Position numbers and translations under genes: made by a program
Source: Thermoleophilaceae bacterium
GTDB taxonomy: Bacteria > Actinomycetota > Thermoleophilia > Solirubrobacterales > Thermoleophilaceae
Length of the DNA stretch: 64,000 nucleotides
Direction: 5' to 3'
NCBI GenBank assembly: GCA_025928345.1
Contig: JAICJR010000001.1
Span: 727 to 64,726 of the forward strand
In this document: positions 26,775 through 35,740 of the stretch, one piece after another
How the letters are laid out: every line of letters starts with the position of its first letter
Numbering within the stretch: the first letter of the stretch is position 1
Notes under the pieces: model-generated
The model's database searches: none
The model's input: only the letters and a program-made list of their open reading frames with translations
What the model was told of the DNA's origin: nothing

Positions 26775-27050
26775 CTAGCCCTTGACGGCCTTCTTCAGAG
26801 CCGACCCGGCGCTGAAGCGAGGCACGCGGCTTGCCGCGATCTGAATCCGCTCGCCCGTCTGAGGGTTGACTCCCTGGCGGGCTCCGCGGTCGGCCACCGA
26901 GAACTTCCCGAAGCCGGTGAAGTTGATCTCGCCGCCGCGCGACAGGGTGGACTCGATCACGTCGAGAGCGGTATCCACTGCCTTCGTGGCATCGCCCTTG
27001 GACAGACCAGACTGGGATGCAACCTGGTCTACGAATTCGGCCTTCGTCAC
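26775..27050 (-). CDS. hup: HU-family nucleoid-associated DNA-binding protein
   Basis: MTKAEFVDQVASQSGLSKGDATKAVDTALDVI...FGKFSVADRGARQGVNPQTGERIQIAASRVPRFSAGSALK. It has a GTG start preceded by AAGGAGGAG. Confidence 0.95.
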   Translation of the reverse strand: MTKAEFVDQVASQSGLSKGDATKAVDTALDVIESTLSRGGEINFTGFGKFSVADRGARQGVNPQTGERIQIAASRVPRFSAGSALKKAVKG

Positions 27051-27201
27051 TGCTCCTCCTTAACGGGGGGTCTTGGACGGCTCCGAACCTAACAACGGAT
27101 TCGGACGATGAGGGCCTAAAAGTCCGAGAGAAGACGGCTAAATACGCAAATTGCGGCTTTCCTGAGGCGTGTTTTTGGCTCTGTGACTGGCTTCGCGCCA
27201 G

Positions 27202-28557
27202 TTATGCGCCCGAAACGGCCATCTCCCCGATGAGCAGCGGAGCCGCCTTGACGCTCCCGCCGAAGGGCACCCAGCGGCTCGCGGACCCCACGGCCTGCAC
27301 CGCCTTGAGCATCGACACGAGGTCACTCGCGATGGTCATCTCGCGCGCCGGGCTGCCCAGCTCGCCGCCCTCGATAAGCCTGCCGGTGGCGCCCACGGAG
27401 AAGGTTCCGGACACGGGATTGACGCCCGAATGGAGCCCGGCCACGTCGGTCACATAGAGGCCGTCGCCCGCGCGGCGGACGAGCTCCTCGAGGTCGGCGT
27501 CGCCCGGCTCGAGCAGCAGGTTCGCGGTGCCCACCGAGGGCGGCGTGCGGTACGAGCCGCGCGACGCGCTGGCCGTGGTCTCGCGCTCGCCCTTGCGCGC
27601 CGTGCGCGCGTCGAAGAGGAACGTGAGCAGCCGGCCGTCCTCGATCAGCGAGGTGCGGCGGCGGGCCGAGCCCTCGCCGTCGAAGGGCGCGCTGTCCGGC
27701 CCCTCGGGATCCACGCCGTCGTCCACGAGCCGAACCGCTGCGGACGCGATCTCCTCGCCCTCGCGTCCCGCGAAGAGCGAGCGGCCGCGCTGCACGGCAT
27801 CCGCCGACAGCATGCCTCCGATGAAGCCGATGAAGCTCGCGGCCACGAACGCGTCGAGCACCACGGGGCAGCGGCGGCTCTCCGGCTGCCGGGCGCCGAC
27901 GAGCGCGAGCGCGCGCTCGGCCGCCTCGTCCCCGATCGCGCGCGGGTCGAGCTCGCCCGGCTCGCGCCCGAGGCCGACGCCAAGGCCGGTCATCAGGTCG
28001 GCGCCCTCGCCGGCGAAGACCGACGCATACGCCCAGACCGAGCTCGCCTCGTACGACGAGCAGAAGCCGCGCGAGTTGGCGAGCGCAACGCTTCCGTCGG
28101 CGTCCGCGTACACGGTGTCCTCCACCTGCGACACGCCGTCGTGGGCACGGGCGGCGCGCTCGATCTCCACCGCCAGCTCGATCTTGCGCTCGGTGCTCCA
28201 GCCTGCGAGCTCGGAAGCATGGAGCCCCTCGACCTCGGCGGTGCCGAACTCGTCCGGAAGCCCGCCGAACTCGTCCGGGTCGGCCACGGCCGCGCTCTCG
28301 CGAGCCTGGGCCGCGAGGGCGCTCGCGCCCTCGTCGCTCAGATCGGTGCCGTAGGCGTAGCCGGAGCGCCCGTCGAGGAACACGCGCAGCCCGAAGCCGC
28401 GGCTGCCGGCGTCGGTGAGGCTCTCCACGTACGCCTCGTACACGCGGATCTGCCGGGTCACGGCCTCCTCCACCCACGCCTCGGCGTCGTCCGCGCCCGC
28501 GGACTGCGCCGCCTCCACCGCGCGGCGCGCGATGCCCTCGAGGTCCGGCTGGCTCAC
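27202..28557 (-). CDS. pmbA: PmbA/TldE-family metalloprotease subunit
   Basis: This is a TldD/PmbA-fold protein without an HExxxH motif (...GFGLRVFLDGRSGYAYG..., ...VTDVAGLHSGVNPVSGTFSVGATG...). I start at GTG 28557, which forms a GTGA overlap with the tldD stop. The remaining upstream part of the 626-aa track ORF is out-of-frame shadow of tldD. Confidence 0.87.
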   Translation of the reverse strand: MSQPDLEGIARRAVEAAQSAGADDAEAWVEEAVTRQIRVYEAYVESLTDAGSRGFGLRVFLDGRSGYAYGTDLSDEGASALAAQARESAAVADPDEFGGLPDEFGTAEVEGLHASELAGWSTERKIELAVEIERAARAHDGVSQVEDTVYADADGSVALANSRGFCSSYEASSVWAYASVFAGEGADLMTGLGVGLGREPGELDPRAIGDEAAERALALVGARQPESRRCPVVLDAFVAASFIGFIGGMLSADAVQRGRSLFAGREGEEIASAAVRLVDDGVDPEGPDSAPFDGEGSARRRTSLIEDGRLLTFLFDARTARKGERETTASASRGSYRTPPSVGTANLLLEPGDADLEELVRRAGDGLYVTDVAGLHSGVNPVSGTFSVGATGRLIEGGELGSPAREMTIASDLVSMLKAVQAVGSASRWVPFGGSVKAAPLLIGEMAVSGA

Positions 28558-29933
28558 GCCGCCGTCCCGCCGACCGTGAGCGACTGGATGCGAACGTGCG
28601 GCTGCCCAACTCCTGCGGGGACGCGCTGGCCGCCCTTGCCGCAGAAGCCGGTGGCGATCGAGAGGTCCGCCGCCACGCCGTCGATCAGCTTGAGCGCCTC
28701 GAGGCCGTTGCCGATCAGCGTTGCACCGCGGACCGGCTTCGTCACCTTTCCGTTCTCGATCAGGTAGCCCTCGGAGAGGCCGAACACGAAGTCGCCCGTG
28801 GCCGGCTCCACCTGGCCGCCGCCGAACGACACCGCGTAGAGCCCGTACTCTGTGCCCTCGATCAGATCCTCCGGCGTGGCGTTCCCGTTCGCGAAGTAGG
28901 TGTTGGTCATGCGCGGGATCGGCAGGTGGCGGAAGGACTCGCGCCGCCCGTTGCCGGTGGACGGCACGCCGTCCTTGCGCGCGCGCAGAAGGTCGTACAG
29001 ATACGAGGTGAGGCGGCCGTTCTCGATGATGGTGGTGCGCTGCGTGGGCGTGCCCTCGTCGTCGATGCCGTCCGAGCCCCACTCGCCGGCCTCGGCGCCG
29101 CTGTCGTACGCCACGAGGAACTCCGGGGCGACCAGCTCGTCGAGCTTGCCCGCGTACACGCTCGCGCGTTTGTGTATGGCGTCGGCCTCGAGGCCATGAC
29201 CGACCGCCTCGTGAAGCAGCACGCCGCCGAAGCCGTTGCCCACCACCACGGTCATGCGACCGGTTGGGGCATCCACGGCGTCGAGCATGGTGAGCGCCTT
29301 GCGCGCCGCTTTCTCCGCCACCTCCTCGGGGTTTGCCGAGACGAGCTCGAAGCCGGCGTGGCCACCGCGCGTCTCGTGCCCGGTCTCGACCGTGCCGTCG
29401 CGCCGCGCCACCACCTGCGCGCCCAGCCGCACCCGCGTGCGGTCATCCGCGGCCGCCACGCCGTCGGAGTTGAACACCTGCACGCGGCGGCGGTTCTCCA
29501 CGTAGCTCACGGACACCTGCGCCACCTCCGAGCCGGCGGCGCGCGCGGCCTCGTCGCACGCGTGCAGGATCTGCGCCTTGTCGGCGGCGGCGATGTCCTC
29601 GGGCCGCTGCGCGATCTCGTACGCCTCGCGGGGCTCCGCGGCCTTCAGCGCGGCCGGCCGGCGGCGCTCGCCCGCAACCGCCTGCGACACGGAGTCGGCG
29701 ACCCGGCGCAGGTCCTCCTCGCCGAGGCCGTCCACGTGGCCGAAGTAGGTCGAGTCGCCCACCACCACGCGCACGGAGGCGCCGATCTCGCGGCCGCTCT
29801 GCGGGCGCTCCACACGCCGGTCGTCGAGCGTGAGGGCGAGGCCGGTGCGCTCCTCCACGTACAGCTCCGCGAGGTCCCCGCCGCGCGCGAGCGCGCGGCC
29901 GAGCAGATCGTCCGCGAGCTCCGGCGCGATCAC
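28554..29933 (-). CDS. tldD: TldD-family metalloprotease
   Basis: The zinc motif LLHEAVGHGLEAD and the C-terminal end ...PHVRIQSLTVGG are present in a 459-aa product. Confidence 0.92.
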   Translation of the reverse strand: MIAPELADDLLGRALARGGDLAELYVEERTGLALTLDDRRVERPQSGREIGASVRVVVGDSTYFGHVDGLGEEDLRRVADSVSQAVAGERRRPAALKAAEPREAYEIAQRPEDIAAADKAQILHACDEAARAAGSEVAQVSVSYVENRRRVQVFNSDGVAAADDRTRVRLGAQVVARRDGTVETGHETRGGHAGFELVSANPEEVAEKAARKALTMLDAVDAPTGRMTVVVGNGFGGVLLHEAVGHGLEADAIHKRASVYAGKLDELVAPEFLVAYDSGAEAGEWGSDGIDDEGTPTQRTTIIENGRLTSYLYDLLRARKDGVPSTGNGRRESFRHLPIPRMTNTYFANGNATPEDLIEGTEYGLYAVSFGGGQVEPATGDFVFGLSEGYLIENGKVTKPVRGATLIGNGLEALKLIDGVAADLSIATGFCGKGGQRVPAGVGQPHVRIQSLTVGGTAA

Positions 29934-30142
29934 TCGGGCGCCGCCAGCTTCGTCATCTCCTCGGCAAGCTCGAGCAGTTCCCCGCGGCCGGGCGCATCCT
30001 CCGGCAGCACGCGCGCGTGACCAAGGCCGTCGTAGATCGCCACGCGCGGCTCGCGGCGCGCCTGTTTGCGCCGCTGCCCGGCCAGAACGTCCTCGGCGAT
30101 CCCGGCGACCATGCCGAGCGGTCCCTTGCGCTCCTTCCTCAC
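29930..30142 (-). CDS. hypothetical small protein (70 aa)
   Basis: The GTG start is preceded by TAGGAGGGCGGC. About 89% of codons end in G or C by my hand count. GTGA overlaps link it on both sides (Roadblock stop, tldD start). I recognise no family. Confidence 0.55.
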   Translation of the reverse strand: MRKERKGPLGMVAGIAEDVLAGQRRKQARREPRVAIYDGLGHARVLPEDAPGRGELLELAEEMTKLAAPE

Positions 30143-30534
30143 GCCGCCCTCCTACCGAGGTCGGAGAGCACGGCGCGAAGGTCGTAGAACATCAGCGACG
30201 GCAGCGCGAAGCGGCCGGCCACCACGGCGATCGTCCAGCCCTCGTCGCGCACGGCGAAGACCGCGCCGTCCGCGGTGGTGGCTTCCACCTGCGCCACGTC
30301 ACCGTCGAAGCCGGGCGTCGCAGCGGCAGCCTCCTCCGCATGACCGAACAACCGCGCCGTGAGCTCGCCGAGCTTCTTGGCCGGCGCCTCTCCCGAAGCG
30401 GAGTGCGCAGCCGCCACCTGGCCCGCGCTGTCGAGCAGCACGGCGGCCCTTATGTCGGTGGACAGCTCGTCGAGATATTGCAGCGCGAGCTCGGGAGTAA
30501 GCGTCGAGTCGGGCACCGCTGTCACGATACCCAC
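30139..30534 (-). CDS. Roadblock/LC7 (MglB-like) domain protein
   Basis: At 131 aa, the pattern ...LQYLDELSTDIRAAVLLDSAGQVAAA...VAQVEATTADGAVFAVRDEGWTIAVVAGRFALPSLMFYDLRAVLSDL matches the alpha-beta-alpha Roadblock layout as I know it. The exact start is uncertain. Confidence 0.55.
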   Translation of the reverse strand: MGIVTAVPDSTLTPELALQYLDELSTDIRAAVLLDSAGQVAAAHSASGEAPAKKLGELTARLFGHAEEAAAATPGFDGDVAQVEATTADGAVFAVRDEGWTIAVVAGRFALPSLMFYDLRAVLSDLGRRAA

Positions 30535-30661
30535 GTGACTCTCCCCCAGGCTTCCTGGCTCGGCGTTGTGCTGATCTGCCTCATCGCCGCGCTGCTTTTG
30601 CTCGTCAACGGCTACGTGGGCTACTTCGGGGTCCTCTTGGCGGTGGCCGCATCTGCCGCCG

Positions 30662-31621
30662 TCAACCTCCGCTGACCGGCGGATCCGCGTTGTCGAGCCC
30701 TGGGTGCGTCTCAGGCTCGAGGTGGATCAGCACGTCGGCGTCCGGCAGCCGCACGGCGATCGCGCTCTGCAGCTCGTGGCTCACCTCATGCGCGCGCTCG
30801 AGCGTGGTGCCCGAGTGGAACTGCACGTGCAGGTCGATGTGGCGGCGGCTGCCGGCCTTGCGCGCGCGCAGCTTGTGGAAGCCCGCCACCTCGGGGGCGT
30901 CGTAGGCGGCGATCGTCTCGCGCACCACCTCGAGCTCCTCGTCCGGCAGTGCCTCGTCCACGAGCACGCGCGAGGAGCGATTGACGATTCGCACGCCCGA
31001 CCAGATGATCGCCAGCGCGATCAGGAGCGCGGTGATCGGGTCGAACCGCTGCGCGCCCGTGACCTTTACGAGCACGAGCCCGACGAGCACGCCGAGCGAG
31101 GTGAACGCGTCAGTGCGCAGGTGCGCGGCGTCGCCCTCGAGCGCGGGCGAGTCCGTGGCGCGACCCTGCTTGTACAGGTAGCCGGAAACCGCGAAGTTGG
31201 CCGCCGCCGACACTCCCACCACCGCGATGCCGACGCCGAGCGAGGTGACCGTTGACGGCGTGATCAGCCGGCGCACCGACTCGTAGATGATGATCGCCGC
31301 GCCGACCAGGATCAGGATGCCCTCGAGCGCCGCGGTGAGGTTCTCCACCTTCTCGTGGCCGTACGGGTGGCTCGGGTCGGGCGGCTCCTCGGCCTTGCGG
31401 ACGGAGTAGAAGGCGACGACGGACGCGAGCAGGTCGATCGCCGAGTGCACCGCCTCGGTGAGGATCGCGATCGAGCCGGTGACGGCGCCGGCCACCACCT
31501 TCAGCACGATCAGGACCGTGTTCGAGGCGATGGAGAGGCCGGCTGCGCGGCTCTTCACGCGCGGCCTGTCCGCGCCCGCGGCGGTGGGTGCCGTGCCCGC
31601 CGCGCTGCCGATCATCTTCAT
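30662..31621 (-). CDS. cation diffusion facilitator (CDF) family metal efflux transporter
   Basis: LSIASNTVLIVLKVVAGAVTGSIAILTEAVHSAIDLL (TM2 HxxxD), a second H/D site (HLRTDAFTSLG) and a C-terminal cytoplasmic domain are present. I start at MKMIG (31621), which overlaps the rdgB stop by 4 nt. Confidence 0.9.
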   Translation of the reverse strand: MKMIGSAAGTAPTAAGADRPRVKSRAAGLSIASNTVLIVLKVVAGAVTGSIAILTEAVHSAIDLLASVVAFYSVRKAEEPPDPSHPYGHEKVENLTAALEGILILVGAAIIIYESVRRLITPSTVTSLGVGIAVVGVSAAANFAVSGYLYKQGRATDSPALEGDAAHLRTDAFTSLGVLVGLVLVKVTGAQRFDPITALLIALAIIWSGVRIVNRSSRVLVDEALPDEELEVVRETIAAYDAPEVAGFHKLRARKAGSRRHIDLHVQFHSGTTLERAHEVSHELQSAIAVRLPDADVLIHLEPETHPGLDNADPPVSGG

Positions 31622-32202
31622 GCCGCCTGGGTTTCCCGATCGAGCCACGCGAGGAACGCCCGCGCCGCGCGGCCGCGGTGGCTGATGGCGTCCTTCTCCT
31701 CCACGCTCAGCTCGGCCATGGTGCGGCCGTCGTCGCGGTCTACCGGGACGAACGCCGGGTCGTAGCCGAAGCCGCCGCTGCCCCTCGGCTCTGCCGCCAG
31801 CGTGCCCTCGCAGCGGCCCTCGAACACCCGCTCCTCGCCGCCGTCGACGTACGCGAGCGCGCACACGTACGCCACGCGCCTGTCGCCGTCCGCGGGCACC
31901 TCGCGCAGCAGCTTGCTGAGGTTCTCCTCGTCCGTCGCGTTCTCGCCCGCGTAGCGCGCGGAGCGCACGCCGGGCACTCCGCCGAGCGCGGCTGCCTCAA
32001 TCCCCGAGTCGTCGGCGATCGACGGCATGCCCGTGGCCTCCGCGGCCGCGCGCGCCTTGCCGAGTGCGTTTTCCGCGAATGTGTCGCCCGTCTCCGGCGG
32101 CAGCACGACGCGTTCCGGCAGCGGCAGCACCTCGTGCGGCGCAAGCAGGATGTTCAGCTCTCGCACCTTGTGTGCGTTGCGTGTGGAGAGGACGAGCCTC
32201 AT
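31618..32202 (-). CDS. rdgB: dITP/XTP pyrophosphatase (RdgB/HAM1 family)
   Basis: MRLVLSTRNAHKVRELNILL..., ADDSGIEAAALGGVPGVRSARYAG, FGYDPAFVP and the C-terminal ISHRGRA are present. Confidence 0.92.
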   Translation of the reverse strand: MRLVLSTRNAHKVRELNILLAPHEVLPLPERVVLPPETGDTFAENALGKARAAAEATGMPSIADDSGIEAAALGGVPGVRSARYAGENATDEENLSKLLREVPADGDRRVAYVCALAYVDGGEERVFEGRCEGTLAAEPRGSGGFGYDPAFVPVDRDDGRTMAELSVEEKDAISHRGRAARAFLAWLDRETQAA

Positions 32203-32215
32203 TCCGGTTCCCCTC

Positions 32216-32950
32216 CTACGAGGGTAGGGAGCCGGCCGCCGCGACCTGCGCCGCGCGCAGCACCTCGATGCCGCCGGCGGCGAGTGCCAGGAGCTCGTCG
32301 AGCGAGGCGCGCGAGAGCGGCGTGCGCTCCGCGGTGGCCTGCACCTCAACGAGCCCGCCGTCGCCGGTCATCACCACGTTGGCGTCCACCTCGGCGGAGG
32401 AGTCCTCGACGTAGTCGAGGTCGAGCAGCGGTCGCCCGCCGACCATGCCGCACGACACCGCCGCGACCGAGCCGGTGAGCGGCACCTTTGCAAGCTTGCC
32501 CTCCTCCACGAGGCGGTCGAGCGCGAGCTTGAGTGCCACGAAGCCCCCTGTGATCGCCGCGCAGCGCGTGCCGCCGTCGGCCTCGAGCACGTCGCAGTCG
32601 ATGTAGACGGTCCGCTCGCCGAGGGCCTCGAAGTCCACCACGCCGCGGATGGAACGGCCGATCAGCCGCTGGATCTCGACCGTTCGCCCGTCCGGCCGCC
32701 CGCGCGAGACGTCGCGCTGCTTGCGCTCGCCGGTGGACGCCGGGAGCATCCCGTACTCGGCGGTCACCCAACCGCGGCCCTTGCCCACGAGCCAGCGCGG
32801 GACGTCCTCCACCGCGGACGCGGTGCAGATCACGCGCGTGCCGCCCGCCTCGATCAGCGCGGAGCCGGTGGCCGAGCGGACGAACCCCGCGGTGATCGAG
32901 AGCGAGCGCATCTCGTTCGGCGCGCGCCCGTCGTGCCTTGCGTCGCTCAT
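32216..32950 (-). CDS. rph: ribonuclease PH
   Basis: RHDGRAPNEMRSLSITAGFVRSATGSALIEAGGTRVICTAS... and ...GRPDGRTVEIQRLIGRS... are present in a 244-aa product. Confidence 0.95.
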   Translation of the reverse strand: MSDARHDGRAPNEMRSLSITAGFVRSATGSALIEAGGTRVICTASAVEDVPRWLVGKGRGWVTAEYGMLPASTGERKQRDVSRGRPDGRTVEIQRLIGRSIRGVVDFEALGERTVYIDCDVLEADGGTRCAAITGGFVALKLALDRLVEEGKLAKVPLTGSVAAVSCGMVGGRPLLDLDYVEDSSAEVDANVVMTGDGGLVEVQATAERTPLSRASLDELLALAAGGIEVLRAAQVAAAGSLPS

Positions 32951-33792
32951 GCGGCCCGCCTTGCCTCGCGCACCTGGACCTGCCGCACGGCGCCGAGCGG
33001 CATCTGGAGAAAGCGCGTCCCCACCGCCCTGAACGCCTCAGGATCGCCGGTGGCGAGGAAGCTGTAGCGCCCGCGGCGGTCTGTGTCGTTCTCGAGTTCG
33101 CGGGCGCGGAGCTCCTCGTGCACGGCGTCCGCGATCGCCTGGCCGGAGCTCACAATCGTGACCCCTCGGCCGAGCGCGCGCTGAAGGATCGGGCGCACGA
33201 GCGGGTAGTGCGTGCAGCCGAGAATGACGGTGTCCACCCGCGCTTTCCGCAGCGGCTCGCAGTAGCCCTCGACGGTGTCGACCGTCCGCTGGTCGAACTC
33301 GTCGCCCGCCTGGATCATCGGCGCAAGCTCGGGGCAGGCCACGGCGTGAAGCTGGGCGTCGGGGGCCGCTTCTTTTAGCGCGCGCTCGTACGCGCCACTG
33401 GCCACGGTGGCTGGGGTGGCGAGCAGGCCGACGCTGCCGGTCTTTGTGGAGCGCGCGGCGAGGCGCGACTCCGGTTCCACCACCGCCACCACGCCCACGC
33501 GGCCGTCGAGCTCGTCGCGCAGGCGGGGCAGCGCCGCGGCCGTGGCCGAGTTGCACGCGACCACCAGCAGCTTCGCGCCTTCTTGGAGGAGCAGCTCGGC
33601 GAGCTCGAGCGCGAACTCGCACAGCTCTTCCTGGCTGCGGTTGCCATATGGGAAGCGCGCTGTGTCGCCGAGGTAGACGAAGTCCTCGTGCGGAAGCGAG
33701 ACGAGGCACTCGTGGAGCACGGTGAGGCCGCCCACTCCGGAGTCGAACATCGCGATGGGAAGGCTGTTGGGCCGCTGCGGCACGCGCGCCAT
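32947..33792 (-). CDS. murI: glutamate racemase
   Basis: IAMFDSGVGGLTVL, YLGDTARFPYG, the first catalytic Cys in VVACNSATA and the second in ILGCTHYP are present. I start at ATG 33792. The upstream part of the 392-aa track ORF is Arg-rich shadow. Confidence 0.93.
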   Translation of the reverse strand: MARVPQRPNSLPIAMFDSGVGGLTVLHECLVSLPHEDFVYLGDTARFPYGNRSQEELCEFALELAELLLQEGAKLLVVACNSATAAALPRLRDELDGRVGVVAVVEPESRLAARSTKTGSVGLLATPATVASGAYERALKEAAPDAQLHAVACPELAPMIQAGDEFDQRTVDTVEGYCEPLRKARVDTVILGCTHYPLVRPILQRALGRGVTIVSSGQAIADAVHEELRARELENDTDRRGRYSFLATGDPEAFRAVGTRFLQMPLGAVRQVQVREARRAA

Positions 33793-33821
33793 GTTCGCAT
33801 GCGTGCAGGCGGCCGGGCGCG

Positions 33822-35699
33822 TCAGGCGACCGCTGCCGGTGTACCGCTTGCCACGAAGCCGCGGTGCCAGAGGCCGAGGCTGAGCAGCAGGAAGAGCTGC
33901 TTCGTGTGGTCGCGCTCGCCATGCTCGTGGGCGGCTATCAGGCGGCGCAGCTCGCTCTCGTCGAACAGGCGCCGGCACAGCTCGCCCTCGCCGAGCAGCA
34001 CCTCTTCGAGCAGCGGCTTGAGCTCGGCGCGGAGCCAGCGGTCGAGCGGCGTCTCCCAGCCGAGCTTGCGGCGGTTCACGATCTGCTCGGGGAGCAATCT
34101 CGCCAGCGCCTGCTTGTGAATCCACTTGCCGGTGCGGCCGTGGAGCTTCATCGACGGGTGCATCGACTCCACGAGCTGCACCAGGTCCTCATCGAGGAAC
34201 GGCACGCGCAGCTCCACGGACTCGGCCATCGACATCTTGTCCGCGATCATCAGCAGCTCGTCGGGGAGCGTGAGCCGCGTGTCCACGTAGAGGATCTGAG
34301 CGAGCGGCGGCAGGTTCGCCACGCGCGCGCGGTGTTGTTCTACGACGGCGAGCTCGTCCGCCGTCCCGAGCGTGCGCCGCAACTCGCCGGCGTACAGCCG
34401 CGCCTTCTCGTCCTCGCTGAAGATGGTGTAGGCGGACAGCAGCAGCTCGCCGTCGCCGCGCGTGTCGAGCGTGGCGAGGCCGCGCCTTAGCTGATCGCTC
34501 GGCGCGCGGCTTGCGAGCTTGGAGAGCGGCCGGGCGAGCGGGCCGGCCCTGCGCAGACCGGCCGCGAGCTTCACGCCGAGGTGGCGCCCGTAGCCGCCGA
34601 GCGGCTCATCCGCACCTTGGCCGGTCAGCGCCACCGGCACGCTCGGCTTCATCAGCTCGGCCACGAAGCGCACGGCCAGCGCGCTGGTCGACCCCACCGG
34701 CTCCTCCAGCGTGAGCAGCGAGTCGGGCAGCCGCGCCAGGTACTCGCGCGAGTCGACCATGACGTACTCGTGCTCGGCGCCGAACAGCCGCGCGGTTTCA
34801 GCCGCCAGCGGCACCTCGTCCGTCCCCTCGCCGCCCCCGCGGAAGCCGACGCTGAAAGTGCGCACGCGCGGTAGGTGCTTCGCCATCACCGCGGTGATCG
34901 CCGCGGAGTCGAGGCCGCCGCTGAGCATCACACCCATCGGCCGGTCGCTCATGAGCTGCCGCTCCACGGCGCGCTCGAACGCGGCGCCGTACTCGTCGAT
35001 CAGCGCCTTTGTGTCGCGGCGGTCGGCGGTCGGCGCGCCGTACCAGTAGCGGCGCGTGTCGATGCCATCCGCGGTGGAGGTGAGGATCGTGGCCGGCGGC
35101 AGCTTGCGCACGTGCTCGAACAGCGTGCGCGGGGTTGGCACGAAGCGGAAGGTGAGGTACTGGTCGATCGCCTCGAGGTCGATGTCGCGCGGCAGCGCCT
35201 CGTCCACGAGCAGCGCCTTGAGCTCCGACGCGAAGCTGAGCCGCCCGCCGGCGCTCGCCCAATAGAGCGGCTTGACGCCGAACTTGTCGCGCATCAGGTG
35301 CAGCGTCCCGGAGCGCTCGTCCCAGATCGCGATGCCGAAGATGCCGTTGAGGCGCTCCACGAAGTCCGGCCCGAGCTCCTCGTAGAGGTGCGGGATCACC
35401 TCGCCGTCGCTGTTCGAGCGCAGCCGGTGGCCGCGCTCCTCGAGGCCGCGCCGGAGCTCGAGCTGGTTGTAGATCTCGCCGTTGAAGAGGACCACCACGT
35501 CGCCGGACTCGTTCAGCAGCGGCTGGTGGCCGTGCTCGGGGTCGACGATCGCGAGGCGGCGCATGCCGAGCGCCACCCGCTCGGCGGAGTGGTAGCCCTC
35601 ACCGTCGGGGCCACGGTGCTCGAGCCGCGCGGTCATCGCGCGCACGAGCTGAGCGTCCGCGCCGCCGGACGGAGCGTGTATGCCGGCTATGCCGCACAT
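33822..35699 (-). CDS. asnB: asparagine synthase (glutamine-hydrolysing)
   Basis: MCGIAGIH gives the N-terminal Cys (Ntn amidotransferase). The PP-loop SGGLDSAAI is present. The product is 625 aa. Confidence 0.92.
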   Translation of the reverse strand: MCGIAGIHAPSGGADAQLVRAMTARLEHRGPDGEGYHSAERVALGMRRLAIVDPEHGHQPLLNESGDVVVLFNGEIYNQLELRRGLEERGHRLRSNSDGEVIPHLYEELGPDFVERLNGIFGIAIWDERSGTLHLMRDKFGVKPLYWASAGGRLSFASELKALLVDEALPRDIDLEAIDQYLTFRFVPTPRTLFEHVRKLPPATILTSTADGIDTRRYWYGAPTADRRDTKALIDEYGAAFERAVERQLMSDRPMGVMLSGGLDSAAITAVMAKHLPRVRTFSVGFRGGGEGTDEVPLAAETARLFGAEHEYVMVDSREYLARLPDSLLTLEEPVGSTSALAVRFVAELMKPSVPVALTGQGADEPLGGYGRHLGVKLAAGLRRAGPLARPLSKLASRAPSDQLRRGLATLDTRGDGELLLSAYTIFSEDEKARLYAGELRRTLGTADELAVVEQHRARVANLPPLAQILYVDTRLTLPDELLMIADKMSMAESVELRVPFLDEDLVQLVESMHPSMKLHGRTGKWIHKQALARLLPEQIVNRRKLGWETPLDRWLRAELKPLLEEVLLGEGELCRRLFDESELRRLIAAHEHGERDHTKQLFLLLSLGLWHRGFVASGTPAAVA

Positions 35700-35740
35700 G
35701 GCTGGCTGCGGCGGCCGGGCCCGGCGGTAGCTTCCAATGC

